Source of the DNA: an uncultured Clostridia bacterium
Lineage (GTDB): Bacteria > Bacillota_I > Bacilli_A > RF39 > UBA660
Direction of reading: 5' to 3'
NCBI GenBank assembly: GCA_945871105.1
Contig: CAMBUO010000004.1
Location: forward strand, 2,131-66,130
DNA: 64,000 nt
How positions within the stretch are numbered: the first letter of the stretch is position 1; each line of letters opens with the position of its first letter. Made by a program: the position numbers and the translations under genes. Shown in pieces: positions 1 to 10,502 of this stretch. A model generated the notes under the pieces. That model was not told the DNA's origin and searched no databases. It saw only the letters and a program-made list of their open reading frames with translations.

Positions 1-1059
1 AACTGGATGACGAGGTACAAAAACAGTACAACAATCTTCATAAGGTAAAATACTAATATCATATGTATCTATTTTTTTACTAAGCTCAATTATTTCCAAT
101 TTATCAAAACAAGCAACAGGTCGAATTACCGGAATATTAGTTACACTATTAATAACATTCATACTCGTTAAAGTTTGACTAGCTACTTGACCAATTGATT
201 CTCCATTTATAATAACTAATCCTTTAAAACGTAAGGCAAGTTTTTCCATAATACGATACATCATTCTGCGCATAATAGTAATAGAGTAATTCCCATCAAC
301 GTTTTGATAAATTGTTTCTTGTAATTTAGTAAATGGAACAATAATTAAACGCATTTCACCGCCATAAATACTAAGTTTTTTACTTAATTCTATTACTTTA
401 TTACGAGCTTCTAAAGATGTATGTGGAATTGCTTCAAAATAAACTAAATCTAATTTAATACCTCTTTTTAAAGCCAAATAACCTGCTACCGGTGAATCAA
501 TACCACCAGATAACATCAATAAACCACGTCCCAAAGTTCCAACTGGATATCCACCAATTCCTTTATATTCATTTAAATAAACATATGAATATTTTTCTCT
601 AATCTCAACATGAACTACTATATTAGGATTATGCACATCAACTTTTAAATTAGAAAAATTTTTTAAAATGAAAGAACCAAAAAAATGATTACATTCCATT
701 GAATCCATAGAAAACTTTTTATAACTTCTTTTTGTTTCTACTTTAAAAGTATAATTATTATTATCTATATTAGAACTTAATACTTCTTTAATAGTATCTA
801 AAATATTATCTTTCTCTGTTTCTACTTTATAAGCTATCTCATAAGCATGTATACCAAATATTTCACCTATTCTCTTTAAAACTAAATTTTCATTAATACT
901 ATCATATTCAATATACATACGAGATATATCTTTACTAATAACTACATCTAAATCTTTTAATTTTTTTAAAATATTATTATATAAAGTATTAATAAAAAAT
1001 TTTCTATTACTCTTTTTAGTTGTTAATTCTCCATATTTTATTAAAATAACTTTATTCAC
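1..1059 (-). CDS. thiI: tRNA 4-thiouridine synthase ThiI (3' end outside window)
   Basis: Not in ORF track. Manual translation from GTG at 1059 gives MNKVILIKYGELTTKKSNR..., with PP-loop MLSGGIDSPVAGY and GESIGQVASQT; downstream of the cysteine desulfurase. Confidence 0.93.
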   Translation of the reverse strand, partial: MNKVILIKYGELTTKKSNRKFFINTLYNNILKKLKDLDVVISKDISRMYIEYDSINENLVLKRIGEIFGIHAYEIAYKVETEKDNILDTIKEVLSSNIDNNNYTFKVETKRSYKKFSMDSMECNHFFGSFILKNFSNLKVDVHNPNIVVHVEIREKYSYVYLNEYKGIGGYPVGTLGRGLLMLSGGIDSPVAGYLALKRGIKLDLVYFEAIPHTSLEARNKVIELSKKLSIYGGEMRLIIVPFTKLQETIYQNVDGNYSITIMRRMMYRIMEKLALRFKGLVIINGESIGQVASQTLTSMNVINSVTNIPVIRPVACFDKLEIIELSKKIDTYDISILPYEDCCTVFVPRHPV

Positions 1060-1064
1060 TTATA

Positions 1065-2198
1065 TTATTCCCCTTTCTGAAAACTTAATTCTTTAATCTT
1101 TTCTTGTAAAACTTTTAGAAAATATTTTATTTCTTCTTCCGTTGTTAAATAAGATATACTAATTCTTAAACTACTTTTAGCTAAATCTTTATTTTTAGTT
1201 AAAGCCAAGACACTTTCTGATAAACTATTATCTTCACTACAAGCAGTTTTAGTTGATATATAAATATCTTTTTCGGATAAAGCATGTAACATAGTTTCTG
1301 GTTTTATTCCTTGAATACTAAAATTTATTATTTGTGGAATACAATTTTCATTACTATTAACATGAATAAGATCTATTTTTAATAATTCATTTATCAAGAA
1401 ATCGTGTAATTTTACAATATGACTATATTTAGAATCAAAATCTGTATAAATTAATCTTAAAGCTTTAGCAAAACTTGCATATAATGCTAGCATTGGTGTT
1501 CCACTTCGATAAATGGTTTGACTTTTACCACCATGAATAATTGGAACTAATTCAATGCCTCTTTTTTTAACTAAACAACCTATGCCTTTCAAACCATATA
1601 TTTTATGCCCTGAAAAAGAATATAAATCAATATTCGTTAAATCTACTTTAATTTTACCAACAGCTTGGGTTCCATCAACATGAAAAATAACTCTTGGATA
1701 TTCTTTTAAAATTTCTCCTATTTGACTAACATCTTGCATAATACCAATTTCGGAATTTACTTGACAAATACTAACTAAAACTGTTTCATTAGTTAATTTA
1801 TTTTTTAAATCTTCTAAATCAATTTTACCATCAGGAAGTAAATTTAAATATTCTACCGTATAACCAAAACTTTCTAAAAATTTAACTGTTTCTGAAACAC
1901 TTGAATGTTCTAATTTAGTAGTTAAAATATGTTTACCACGATTTCTATATTTTAAAATTGTTCCAAGAATTGCTAAATTATTAGCTTCACTAGCACCACT
2001 TGTTAATATTATTTCATCACTATTAACATTTAAGATATCAGCTATTTGTTTAACGGAAGCATTCATTAAATCAGCTGATTTCATTCCTAATTCATGTAAA
2101 GAATTAGCATTACCAGGATAATCTAAAGAAACTTTATCAAAAGTTTTTAAAACTTCCGGATTAACAGGAGTAGTAGCACTATAATCTAAATAAACCAT
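1065..2198 (-). CDS. iscS: Cysteine desulfurase (IscS/NifS family)
   Basis: YLDYSATTP, TSGASEANN, PLP-lysine motif SGHKIYG, catalytic Cys in KTACS; paired with thiI. Confidence 0.92.
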   Translation of the reverse strand: MVYLDYSATTPVNPEVLKTFDKVSLDYPGNANSLHELGMKSADLMNASVKQIADILNVNSDEIILTSGASEANNLAILGTILKYRNRGKHILTTKLEHSSVSETVKFLESFGYTVEYLNLLPDGKIDLEDLKNKLTNETVLVSICQVNSEIGIMQDVSQIGEILKEYPRVIFHVDGTQAVGKIKVDLTNIDLYSFSGHKIYGLKGIGCLVKKRGIELVPIIHGGKSQTIYRSGTPMLALYASFAKALRLIYTDFDSKYSHIVKLHDFLINELLKIDLIHVNSNENCIPQIINFSIQGIKPETMLHALSEKDIYISTKTACSEDNSLSESVLALTKNKDLAKSSLRISISYLTTEEEIKYFLKVLQEKIKELSFQKGE

Positions 2199-2259
2199 AC
2201 AACACCTCTTTTTTACTTGTAAATAATATCAAATTAATTTAAATTAATCAAGTGTTTTT

Positions 2260-2288
2260 AAAAAGATAACAACCTCACGGTTGTTATC
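2260..2288 (-). terminator. Intrinsic terminator of ezrA
   Basis: GATAACAACC-tcac-GGTTGTTATC perfect 10-bp stem followed by a T-run on the minus strand. Confidence 0.75.
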
Positions 2289-3993
2289 CTAATTCTTTAG
2301 TAAATTTATTTTTAAATCCTGGTTCTTCTTTATCTAATAAATCTAAAACTAATTTAACTGATCCTTCATAGTTACCTTTATAAAACATAATTTCCGCTTT
2401 ATTTAAACATTTCATAACCTCACTTGATGTACTTCGATAACGATTAGCATAAACAATTAAATTTTCTGACATATAAGCATTTTTAATAATACTTTTAGTG
2501 GTATTATAAAGTTTAAAGACTAAGTCTCTAGCTGTATCAACTCTTGTATTTAAAGTTTTTATAACAATTGGTTTTTTAGCTAATTCTTTAATAATTTCTA
2601 AAATAGCTTCATTGGCTTCACTTAACTCTACAAAATAATTATTAGCCACAACTGGTATTTTAACACTTTGAATTTGTCTTTTACAAGTTTTTAATAACTC
2701 TTGTACTTCTTCTAATTGATCTCTTGCTCTTTCTTCATCATCTTGCATACTACCAAGATTTTTTAAAGTTAAATCAAGATTATCTTCTAATAATTTTAAA
2801 TTACTTGATAATTCATTTAAATAAACATTTATTTTGCCATAAGAAAACTCTTGTTTTTTAACTTTTCTAATTAAAGATTTATATTCTTTTACTAAATCAT
2901 TGTATTGTAAACTAATTGTTTCTAAATCTTTTAAATCTTCATCATTCAATCCATACATGACTTTTATATCATCTAATTGTTTATAAATATCTCTTAAAGT
3001 TTCTTTTAATTTTCTTAATCTTTCATCAAATGAAAAAGAAGCATTATCAAAATCTTTTTTATAAATTTTTTCTTTATCAATATCTTTAAATAAAGAATCT
3101 AAAAATTCTAAAATAGTTTTTAATTCAATTAGACTATTATCAATATTTAAAACTTTTGATTTATCAATAACATCATTTTCAATTTTTTCTATTTCAGAAA
3201 AGTTATAATCTAAATTCATGAAGTTTAAAGTAAATCCTTCTTCTAGCATACTATTTCTTAATACTTCAAGTTCTTTTAACCTTGATGGTATTAAATCATT
3301 TAATAATACTAAAATATCAGGTAATTCTAAAACAACTGCTCCAATATGTTCTATCATGTTATCTAAAGATCTAACTACTAATACTACTTCATTATAGAGA
3401 TTTTCATTTATAACTATTTCAAAATCCTGAAATCTCTTTTCGATATTTTCAAATTGCATATCAATAGTATCAACCAAAGTACCATATAAATCTTTATTGT
3501 TTTCATATTCTCGATTAATAATACGATATTTGTTTTTTAATTTAACAACCATACCACGATATTTATCTTCATAAGAAGTTAATTCTTTTAATTCCTCTAT
3601 AATATGATTAATTAAATAACGATTTTTATAAAGTTCTAATTCAATTAAAGAATATTTATAATAAAATTCTTTACTATTTTCATTTATTAAGAAATCTAAT
3701 TCCACAATCATATCTTCTATTTTCTTAAAAGAATCATTTTTCAAATTTTCATAAATATTACGATAATTATTAATTTTCTCTTCTAATTGTTCTCCCTTAG
3801 TTAAACTAGCAACTTTTTCAATTTCATTTAATAAAGGTAAAGATAAAATATCATTTTTCATAATATCTAAATTATTAATTTTTCTTTTCATTTCTTTTTT
3901 CTTACTCTTCTTTATTAAAATAATTGTAACAATCAAAATAACTAATAAAACAATCAGTCCGGTAATAAAAATTATTTTTTTAGGACTATCCAT
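2284..3993 (-). CDS. ezrA: Septation ring formation regulator EzrA
   Basis: N-terminal TM helix, long coiled-coil body, C-terminal IVYANRYR (QNR patch-like), ezrA-iscS-thiI synteny. Start moved to ATG 3993 after GGAGGAG. Confidence 0.85.
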   Translation of the reverse strand: MDSPKKIIFITGLIVLLVILIVTIILIKKSKKKEMKRKINNLDIMKNDILSLPLLNEIEKVASLTKGEQLEEKINNYRNIYENLKNDSFKKIEDMIVELDFLINENSKEFYYKYSLIELELYKNRYLINHIIEELKELTSYEDKYRGMVVKLKNKYRIINREYENNKDLYGTLVDTIDMQFENIEKRFQDFEIVINENLYNEVVLVVRSLDNMIEHIGAVVLELPDILVLLNDLIPSRLKELEVLRNSMLEEGFTLNFMNLDYNFSEIEKIENDVIDKSKVLNIDNSLIELKTILEFLDSLFKDIDKEKIYKKDFDNASFSFDERLRKLKETLRDIYKQLDDIKVMYGLNDEDLKDLETISLQYNDLVKEYKSLIRKVKKQEFSYGKINVYLNELSSNLKLLEDNLDLTLKNLGSMQDDEERARDQLEEVQELLKTCKRQIQSVKIPVVANNYFVELSEANEAILEIIKELAKKPIVIKTLNTRVDTARDLVFKLYNTTKSIIKNAYMSENLIVYANRYRSTSSEVMKCLNKAEIMFYKGNYEGSVKLVLDLLDKEEPGFKNKFTKELG

Positions 3994-4207
3994 ATAACTC
4001 CTCCAATTGCCTAACACCCCATCATGATAATATCATACCATAAACTAATTTTTTTTTGTAGTATTTATCGAAATTTTTATTTTATTTTTCAAAAAACGAC
4101 ATTATTCAAAAATAAGAAAGCATATAATAAAATAAAAATTTAATAAAAGCATAATTTTATTTAAACTCTATGCATAAAATTATAAAATGATTAGAAAGGA
4201 AGATTAT

Positions 4208-4684
4208 ATGAATAATTATACTATGAAATACTATGATTTTATTAATCTTTATAATTCATTATTATTATATTTAACTAAAAAAGGTTCTTTTTATCAAATA
4301 TGTTTTTATTATTTAGATAATAAATTTAATTTAGAAATAATTGATAAAAAAAATAATACGATTCTTTTTAAAGATAATTTTAATACAAATATATATGAGT
4401 ATGAATATTTATCAACCATGATTGGATATGAATTTATTAATAATCATGATATCTATTTACCATTTTTTGAACCAATTCAAAAAGAAGATCTTAAATATTA
4501 TTATGGTATAAATAATAATATACCACTTGATTATGATAAAGCTCGGGTACATATAATTAGGAATAGTAAATTTGAGTTAAAACTTTATTATTTTCATGGA
4601 CTAACTAATATCAGTTATGAAATGCAAGATAAAGCTTTGGATAAATTAAATAATTACAATAATAAAATATATAGACTAGAATAA
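4208..4684 (+). CDS. Hypothetical protein
   Basis: ORF with GAAAGGA RBS before ATG 4208; no recognisable motif. Confidence 0.6.
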   Translation: MNNYTMKYYDFINLYNSLLLYLTKKGSFYQICFYYLDNKFNLEIIDKKNNTILFKDNFNTNIYEYEYLSTMIGYEFINNHDIYLPFFEPIQKEDLKYYYGINNNIPLDYDKARVHIIRNSKFELKLYYFHGLTNISYEMQDKALDKLNNYNNKIYRLE

Positions 4685-4694
4685 TCTATATATT

Positions 4695-5543
4695 TTATTT
4701 ATATTTAACTAATATTTTACGATAGTCTGTATTTACTACATCATAAAATTTATAATCTGGAAATTCTTTTTTTAAAATAGCATTTACTCCAAGATTAAGA
4801 ATATTCTTTCGAAAAGCAATGAAATATGAAGGTCCACATCCTGATAAAGAATGTTCTAAACCTGAATACCTAGATAAAACTTTTCTTATATTTTTTACTT
4901 CTTCTGGAACAACTGGTAAAAAATCATTTGATAATATATTTTCTAAAATATATTTATTAGCTAATCTATTTTGATTTAACTTATTAATCATTTCTTTTGA
5001 ATTTAAACTAATATTTGGTTTAATAATTAAATAACGAGTGTAAGGATTTTTTAAATATTTATTTACTTGTTCCCCATAACCAGTTACTAAAGCACATCCC
5101 ATTTTAATAAAATAAGGAACACCAGCACTTATTTGAAAACCTAAAGTCATTAATTCTTTAATTGTTAAATTAGTTTGATAGTATCTATCTAAACCTATCA
5201 AAATACCTGCAACATCTGTATCTTCTCCACCAAGTCCTGCCATATTAGGAATTTTTTTATCAATTGTTATTTCTAAACAATTAATCTTAACCCCCGTATA
5301 ATCAAAAAATAATTTAGCTGTTTTATAACAATTATTGGTATCATCATTTAAAATATCATTATTAATTTTTATGATAATGCCATCTTTTTTCAACAAGTTT
5401 TCTTGAATATAAACTATATCATATAAATTAATTGACTGATTTATCATTTTAACTGTATGCATTTGTTTATTTTGATCATAACCATTTATATTTAAAAATA
5501 AACTTAATTTAGCTGGACATTCTATTTTAACCTGTTTTAACAT
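4695..5543 (-). CDS. ispE: IspE-like GHMP kinase (degenerate active site)
   Basis: PAKLSLFL, KKIPNMAGLGG, SGCGPSY match the IspE layout, but GGSSDAA reads GEDTDVA and GADVPF reads SAGVPY. Confidence 0.7.
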   Translation of the reverse strand: MLKQVKIECPAKLSLFLNINGYDQNKQMHTVKMINQSINLYDIVYIQENLLKKDGIIIKINNDILNDDTNNCYKTAKLFFDYTGVKINCLEITIDKKIPNMAGLGGEDTDVAGILIGLDRYYQTNLTIKELMTLGFQISAGVPYFIKMGCALVTGYGEQVNKYLKNPYTRYLIIKPNISLNSKEMINKLNQNRLANKYILENILSNDFLPVVPEEVKNIRKVLSRYSGLEHSLSGCGPSYFIAFRKNILNLGVNAILKKEFPDYKFYDVVNTDYRKILVKYK

Positions 5544-5610
5544 TTTTACCCCCTACTGAGATTAACTCAAAACATGCAAATTATACCACAATATTAAAAA
5601 AAAGCAAATT

Positions 5611-6270
5611 TTATATTTGCCAGTTAATTGGTCTTAAGTTATTTTTAATTAAAAAATCATTAGTTTTAGAAAATGGTTTAGAACCAAAGAACCCATTATA
5701 AGCTGATAAAGGTGATGGATGGGCTGATTCAATAACTAAATGTTTAGGATTAGTAATAAACTTCTTTTTACTACGAGCATAATTACCCCAAAGAATAAAA
5801 ACCACTGGTTCTTTTTTTTCATTAATCTTCTTTATAACTTCATCGGTGAAAATTTGCCAACCTAAATCTTTATGACTACCTGCTTTATCTTTTTCCACGG
5901 TTAAAACAGTATTTAGCAAAAGCACTCCTTGTTTAGCCCATGGTACTAAAGAACTACTATCCGAAATATTAAGACCTAAATCATCATGTAATTCTTTAAA
6001 AATATTATTTAAAGATGGGGGTCTTTTAATACCTTTTGGAACAGAGAAAGAAAGTCCTTCTGCTTCCCCTTCTCCATGATAAGGATCTTGACCAAGGATT
6101 ACAACTTTTAAATCTTTATAACTTGTATAACGAAAAGCCCTAAAAACTTGTTTTTTACTTGGATAAATAGTTTTTTTACTATATTCTAATTGAACTGTTT
6201 TTAATAATTTATAAAAATAATCTTTTTTAAACTCATTTTCTAGGACTATATCCCAATCATTTCCTATCAT
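5611..6270 (-). CDS. ung: Uracil-DNA glycosylase
   Basis: GQDPYH, LLLNTVLTV, HPSPLS motifs. Confidence 0.97.
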   Translation of the reverse strand: MIGNDWDIVLENEFKKDYFYKLLKTVQLEYSKKTIYPSKKQVFRAFRYTSYKDLKVVILGQDPYHGEGEAEGLSFSVPKGIKRPPSLNNIFKELHDDLGLNISDSSSLVPWAKQGVLLLNTVLTVEKDKAGSHKDLGWQIFTDEVIKKINEKKEPVVFILWGNYARSKKKFITNPKHLVIESAHPSPLSAYNGFFGSKPFSKTNDFLIKNNLRPINWQI

Positions 6271-7570
6271 CTTGACACTTCCTTTTATAAAATTGATACT
6301 CTTCTATCATAACATGTTTTAAAGAAAAAATAGCATAAATATTAATAATAGCTAAAACTGCAGCCATAATATCAACTAAATTCCAAAGTAAAGTTGGACT
6401 TAAAAAACTACCTAAAACTAATAAAATACAAGTAAATATTTTTAAAATTAATAAATTTTTATCTGAAATGTTTTTAAAAATGAATTTTAAATTAGATTCT
6501 CCATAATAATATCCTGAAACAATTGTTGAAAAAGAAAAAGCAATAATACAAATATATAGAATAATATTTCCAAAATTACCTAAATGATAATTAAAAGCAT
6601 TTAAAGTGATTTCTATTCCATTAACATCAGTATAATTTAAAGCATTATAATTAGATGTTAAAATAATAAAAGCTGTTCCTGTACAAACAATAAAGGTAAC
6701 AAAATAAATGCCTAAAGTACTAATCATTCCTTGTTTAATAGGAATACTCTCAGAAGATGATCCAGAAGCAATAGCAGCTGTTCCAAGACCTGCTTCGTTT
6801 GAAAATATTCCTCTTTGAATACCAATTAAAATAACAGAAAGCATTCCATAACCTAAAGCTTTAAAATTAAAAGCTTCTTTAAAAATATTTATTAATAAAG
6901 AAGGTAATAAATTAACATTTTTCAAAACAACAAATAAAGAAATACCTAAATAAATTAAACCCATAGCAGGAATAAAAATATTAGAAAACTTAGATATGCC
7001 TTTAATTCCTTTAAAAATAATTATAAAAGAAGCAATTCCTACTATTAAACCAATTAAAATACTAGGAACATTAAAAAAATTAGTAAAAGATTTAGCTATA
7101 GTATTTGATTGAATAGTTAAAAAACCAAATATATAAGTTATAATAATTAAAATGGCATAGATAAATGATAATTTTTTATTACCTAAACCTTTTTTAATAT
7201 AATAAGCCGGTCCCCCTAAAAAATGTTTTCCACTTTTTTTGTGGAAAACTATAGCTAAAGTATTTTCAACTAAAGAATTAGGAGCAACAATTAAGCAAGA
7301 TAACCATATCCAAAAAATAGTTCCTACTCCACCCTTATAAATTGCTAAAGCAATACCTGCTAAAGAACCAACACCAATACAAGCTCCTAAGGATACCATT
7401 AAAGAAGAAAGGGGCGAAATACCTTCTTCATTTTTATCATCTTTTTTTAAAGTAGAAAATAATTTTTTTAAATGTAAATGTACAAAATCTAATTTAAAAG
7501 CAAAATAAAGACCTGATCCAACTAACATAATAGTAGCAATACTCCATAAAATATTATTAACTATTTCCAT
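6257..7570 (-). CDS. Alanine/glycine:cation symporter (AGCS family)
   Basis: Multi-TM; GGPAYYI and GIQRGIFSNEAGLG signatures. Start moved to ATG 7570. Confidence 0.9.
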   Translation of the reverse strand: MEIVNNILWSIATIMLVGSGLYFAFKLDFVHLHLKKLFSTLKKDDKNEEGISPLSSLMVSLGACIGVGSLAGIALAIYKGGVGTIFWIWLSCLIVAPNSLVENTLAIVFHKKSGKHFLGGPAYYIKKGLGNKKLSFIYAILIIITYIFGFLTIQSNTIAKSFTNFFNVPSILIGLIVGIASFIIIFKGIKGISKFSNIFIPAMGLIYLGISLFVVLKNVNLLPSLLINIFKEAFNFKALGYGMLSVILIGIQRGIFSNEAGLGTAAIASGSSSESIPIKQGMISTLGIYFVTFIVCTGTAFIILTSNYNALNYTDVNGIEITLNAFNYHLGNFGNIILYICIIAFSFSTIVSGYYYGESNLKFIFKNISDKNLLILKIFTCILLVLGSFLSPTLLWNLVDIMAAVLAIINIYAIFSLKHVMIEEYQFYKRKCQDDRK

Positions 7571-7623
7571 GAATCCTCCCAAAATCATTAAATTATACTA
7601 ACCTAATTTTTGATTTATTCAAA

Positions 7624-8820
7624 CTATTTATTATATTTCAAATAATCTCTAATAATATGATAATCCCATTTTATTTGATATAAACATCTTAAAATATTAA
7701 TATCATTTTTAGTTAAAGAAAAACGATAAAAATTACTAATTTTAACTCTTTGATTATTCTTCTTTAAACAATATTTTAACATACACTTAGGAATAATACT
7801 AACAGTAAATTCCTGTTTAGCTATCGTAAATTCTTTACATTTATCAAAAATATAATCATCTATAAGATATTCTATTAAATTAACTCCACTGGCATAAGTA
7901 TAAAAATTACTTCTTCCTTGACGAATATTCATTTCAAACAAATAATATTTTTTTCTTTTAATATCGTACTCTACATCAAAATGACAAATACCCGTAAATT
8001 TAATTTTTTCTAAAAAATCTTTAATTTGATAACATAAATCTTCTAAATAAGCATTTGTAATAGCCGAATAATTACCTATTAACTTAGGACTTCTATCATG
8101 CATTAATATTTTACCAGCTGTTGCGACTTGTACTTTATTATCTTTAGAAGTATAAAATGTAATAACAAACATTGATTCATCATTACCTTCAATATACTCT
8201 TGAAAAATGAAATTACCAGGATAATTACTTTTTTTAATATTATTAATAACTGTTTCTAGTTCTTCATGATTATTTATTTTATATCCTTTTTGTTTACCAA
8301 TAAATTCATACTGGGAATAAAGAACTGAATCAGCTGGTTTAATAAAAATGGGAAATTCAAATTTAAGTTGATATTTTTCTAAAGAATCTTTACTAAAATT
8401 AAATATTTGATATTTTGGATAATTTAAATTATATTTTTCACATAATTGATAAAAAGATTCTTTATTAAATAATTTATTAAACATTTTTAAATCTACCATA
8501 GGTATTATATAGTTAGAACTAACTTTTTCAATAGAATCTCTATTTTTCATAATATGTTCAACATAATAATCGGTATTACCTAATAATATTTTCTTAGTTT
8601 GAGGATATTTATCATTTAAAATTGTTAAAGCTTTTATTAATCCCTCATTAGTTAATAAATCATCATAATAATAAGCCTCTATTAGTTTGCTATGTGAAGT
8701 TGGATACAATTGATGTTTACCAAGTACAATTGTTTTTCTCTTATATTTTGATGTAAAAGCACGGGCAACTCCATAGGTATTCATATCACCACCTAAGACA
8801 ACTACTACAAAATCATTCAT
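7624..8820 (-). CDS. ATP-grasp D-aspartate ligase (Asl/YxbA-like)
   Basis: VVLGGDMNTYGVARAF, IKPADS, QEYIEG, FEMNIRQGRSNFY; next to an Asp racemase. Confidence 0.8.
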   Translation of the reverse strand: MNDFVVVVLGGDMNTYGVARAFTSKYKRKTIVLGKHQLYPTSHSKLIEAYYYDDLLTNEGLIKALTILNDKYPQTKKILLGNTDYYVEHIMKNRDSIEKVSSNYIIPMVDLKMFNKLFNKESFYQLCEKYNLNYPKYQIFNFSKDSLEKYQLKFEFPIFIKPADSVLYSQYEFIGKQKGYKINNHEELETVINNIKKSNYPGNFIFQEYIEGNDESMFVITFYTSKDNKVQVATAGKILMHDRSPKLIGNYSAITNAYLEDLCYQIKDFLEKIKFTGICHFDVEYDIKRKKYYLFEMNIRQGRSNFYTYASGVNLIEYLIDDYIFDKCKEFTIAKQEFTVSIIPKCMLKYCLKKNNQRVKISNFYRFSLTKNDINILRCLYQIKWDYHIIRDYLKYNK

Positions 8821-10034
8821 GATCGAACCTCTTTTCTTAATTTTTTATTTATTATCTTATGACGAATAGGAATTAAATTTAAGTAAATAAAATACATAAA
8901 TCTATTCAAAACCATATCAAATTCACCAATAAATTCTGTATATTCACCGCCCCATTTTTTCTTAAATTCATGTAAACCAACTAAATTACTATCAGTTTTA
9001 GGATCACCAATTGTTCCAAATTCATCAAAAATAGTTGATCCCAATTCTTTAGCTTTTTTTATTTGATAATCAAATAACTTATAATTAGCACAAGTATCTT
9101 TATATTCCATATCGTTTGCTCCATATAAATACCAACTTTTATTACCGTAAGTAACCATAAAATAAGAACTTACATAAATTTTATTTTTTTCTTTAATCTT
9201 ATTTTCATAAAATTGTTTTTCTTTTTCTAACTTATTTAAATGATTTTCATCTTTTTTAGACATAGAATTAATAATATCTATTTCCTTATTTAACATATTT
9301 AAAATAAAATTTAAATCAATCTCAGCTAACAATATAGTTAAATGATCTTTGAATGATTCATAAAAATCATAGTAAAAACTATCAGGATGGGAATAAAAAC
9401 CTTGTCTTTTTTCAGTTAATTTCATAAGACTAATAAAATCTTTAATATTATCTTTTGTTCCTTCATGAATTGCAACACCATATTTATTAGCTCTTTTAAC
9501 ATGATGTCTTACTGCTTGGGAATAATTAGCATTTAACTCATCATTTTCTTTAGTTAAATCAATTCTAAAAGTATATCTTGGTTGCATAGTTTCAAAAAAT
9601 TTAGTTAAAGGTCTACGTTTAAAGCCAATATTAACTAAATATTCTACTAATTGATAATTATTTTCTCCTTCTATAAAGTTAGCATTATCATCAATCGTTT
9701 GATATTTAATATCTGGATCTATTCGAAAAAATATAGCTTTTCTAGCTTTACAAAATTCTTTTATTTTCATAGTAAATTCTTTAACTAATTCTAAATTATT
9801 ATAATCAATTGTATATCCTCTTGGTATATAGAAATAAGAATAACCAAATAATAAATCTTTTTTTAATAAAAGTGCAGTTGCAACTATTTTATTTTTATCT
9901 ATTAATCCTAAATAATATGGTGTATAACCTCTTGTTTTAGATAATTCCCCCCATTCAAATGATTGTAAAAAATGGGTATTATGATTATTTGTAAATGAAA
10001 GATATTCTTCTTTATTTAATTCTTTGAGCAACAT
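8817..10034 (-). CDS. FemABX family peptidoglycan bridge peptidyltransferase
   Basis: FLQSFEWG, YIPRG, FRIDP, MQPRY, YLYGA, GLHEFKKKWGG...EFIGEFD. Confidence 0.9.
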   Translation of the reverse strand: MLLKELNKEEYLSFTNNHNTHFLQSFEWGELSKTRGYTPYYLGLIDKNKIVATALLLKKDLLFGYSYFYIPRGYTIDYNNLELVKEFTMKIKEFCKARKAIFFRIDPDIKYQTIDDNANFIEGENNYQLVEYLVNIGFKRRPLTKFFETMQPRYTFRIDLTKENDELNANYSQAVRHHVKRANKYGVAIHEGTKDNIKDFISLMKLTEKRQGFYSHPDSFYYDFYESFKDHLTILLAEIDLNFILNMLNKEIDIINSMSKKDENHLNKLEKEKQFYENKIKEKNKIYVSSYFMVTYGNKSWYLYGANDMEYKDTCANYKLFDYQIKKAKELGSTIFDEFGTIGDPKTDSNLVGLHEFKKKWGGEYTEFIGEFDMVLNRFMYFIYLNLIPIRHKIINKKLRKEVRS

Positions 10035-10172
10035 AAATCCTCCTTAAATTTCATATTAAGTATATAATAAGTAATTTTTATAGTCAATAAATGACAAATA
10101 AGATAAAAATTTTTTTAGAAAATTTACATATTAAAATACACATGTTATAATTTCTATAAAGGAATGGTTTAT

Positions 10173-10502
10173 ATGAAGAAAAAAACATTAGGTATACTAG
10201 GAAATGATTATCAAAAAACAACGAAATTAATCGAAGACATTATTTTAAATACTAAAGCTAAAACTGATCAAGAACATATTAAAATGAATATTATTATTAA
10301 TAATAAATTATTATTAAAAGATAATTTAACTATATTAAATATTGTTCATAATTTAGAAAAAATTGAATCTGATTATTTAATATTAGACTTTGATAATCAA
10401 GATATAAAAGATTTTATTGAAGATAATACAAATTTAATTATTTTAAAAAATGAAGATTTAGTTAAACAAGTATTATTATTACATGAGGAGAATATTTTAT
10501 GA
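10173..10502 (+). CDS. Short Asp-racemase-like protein (N-terminal half, no catalytic Cys)
   Basis: KKTLGILG...TKAKTDQEHI resembles the start of Asp racemases; PCNT is replaced by DFDN; ATGA overlap with the full racemase. Confidence 0.6.
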   Translation: MKKKTLGILGNDYQKTTKLIEDIILNTKAKTDQEHIKMNIIINNKLLLKDNLTILNIVHNLEKIESDYLILDFDNQDIKDFIEDNTNLIILKNEDLVKQVLLLHEENIL

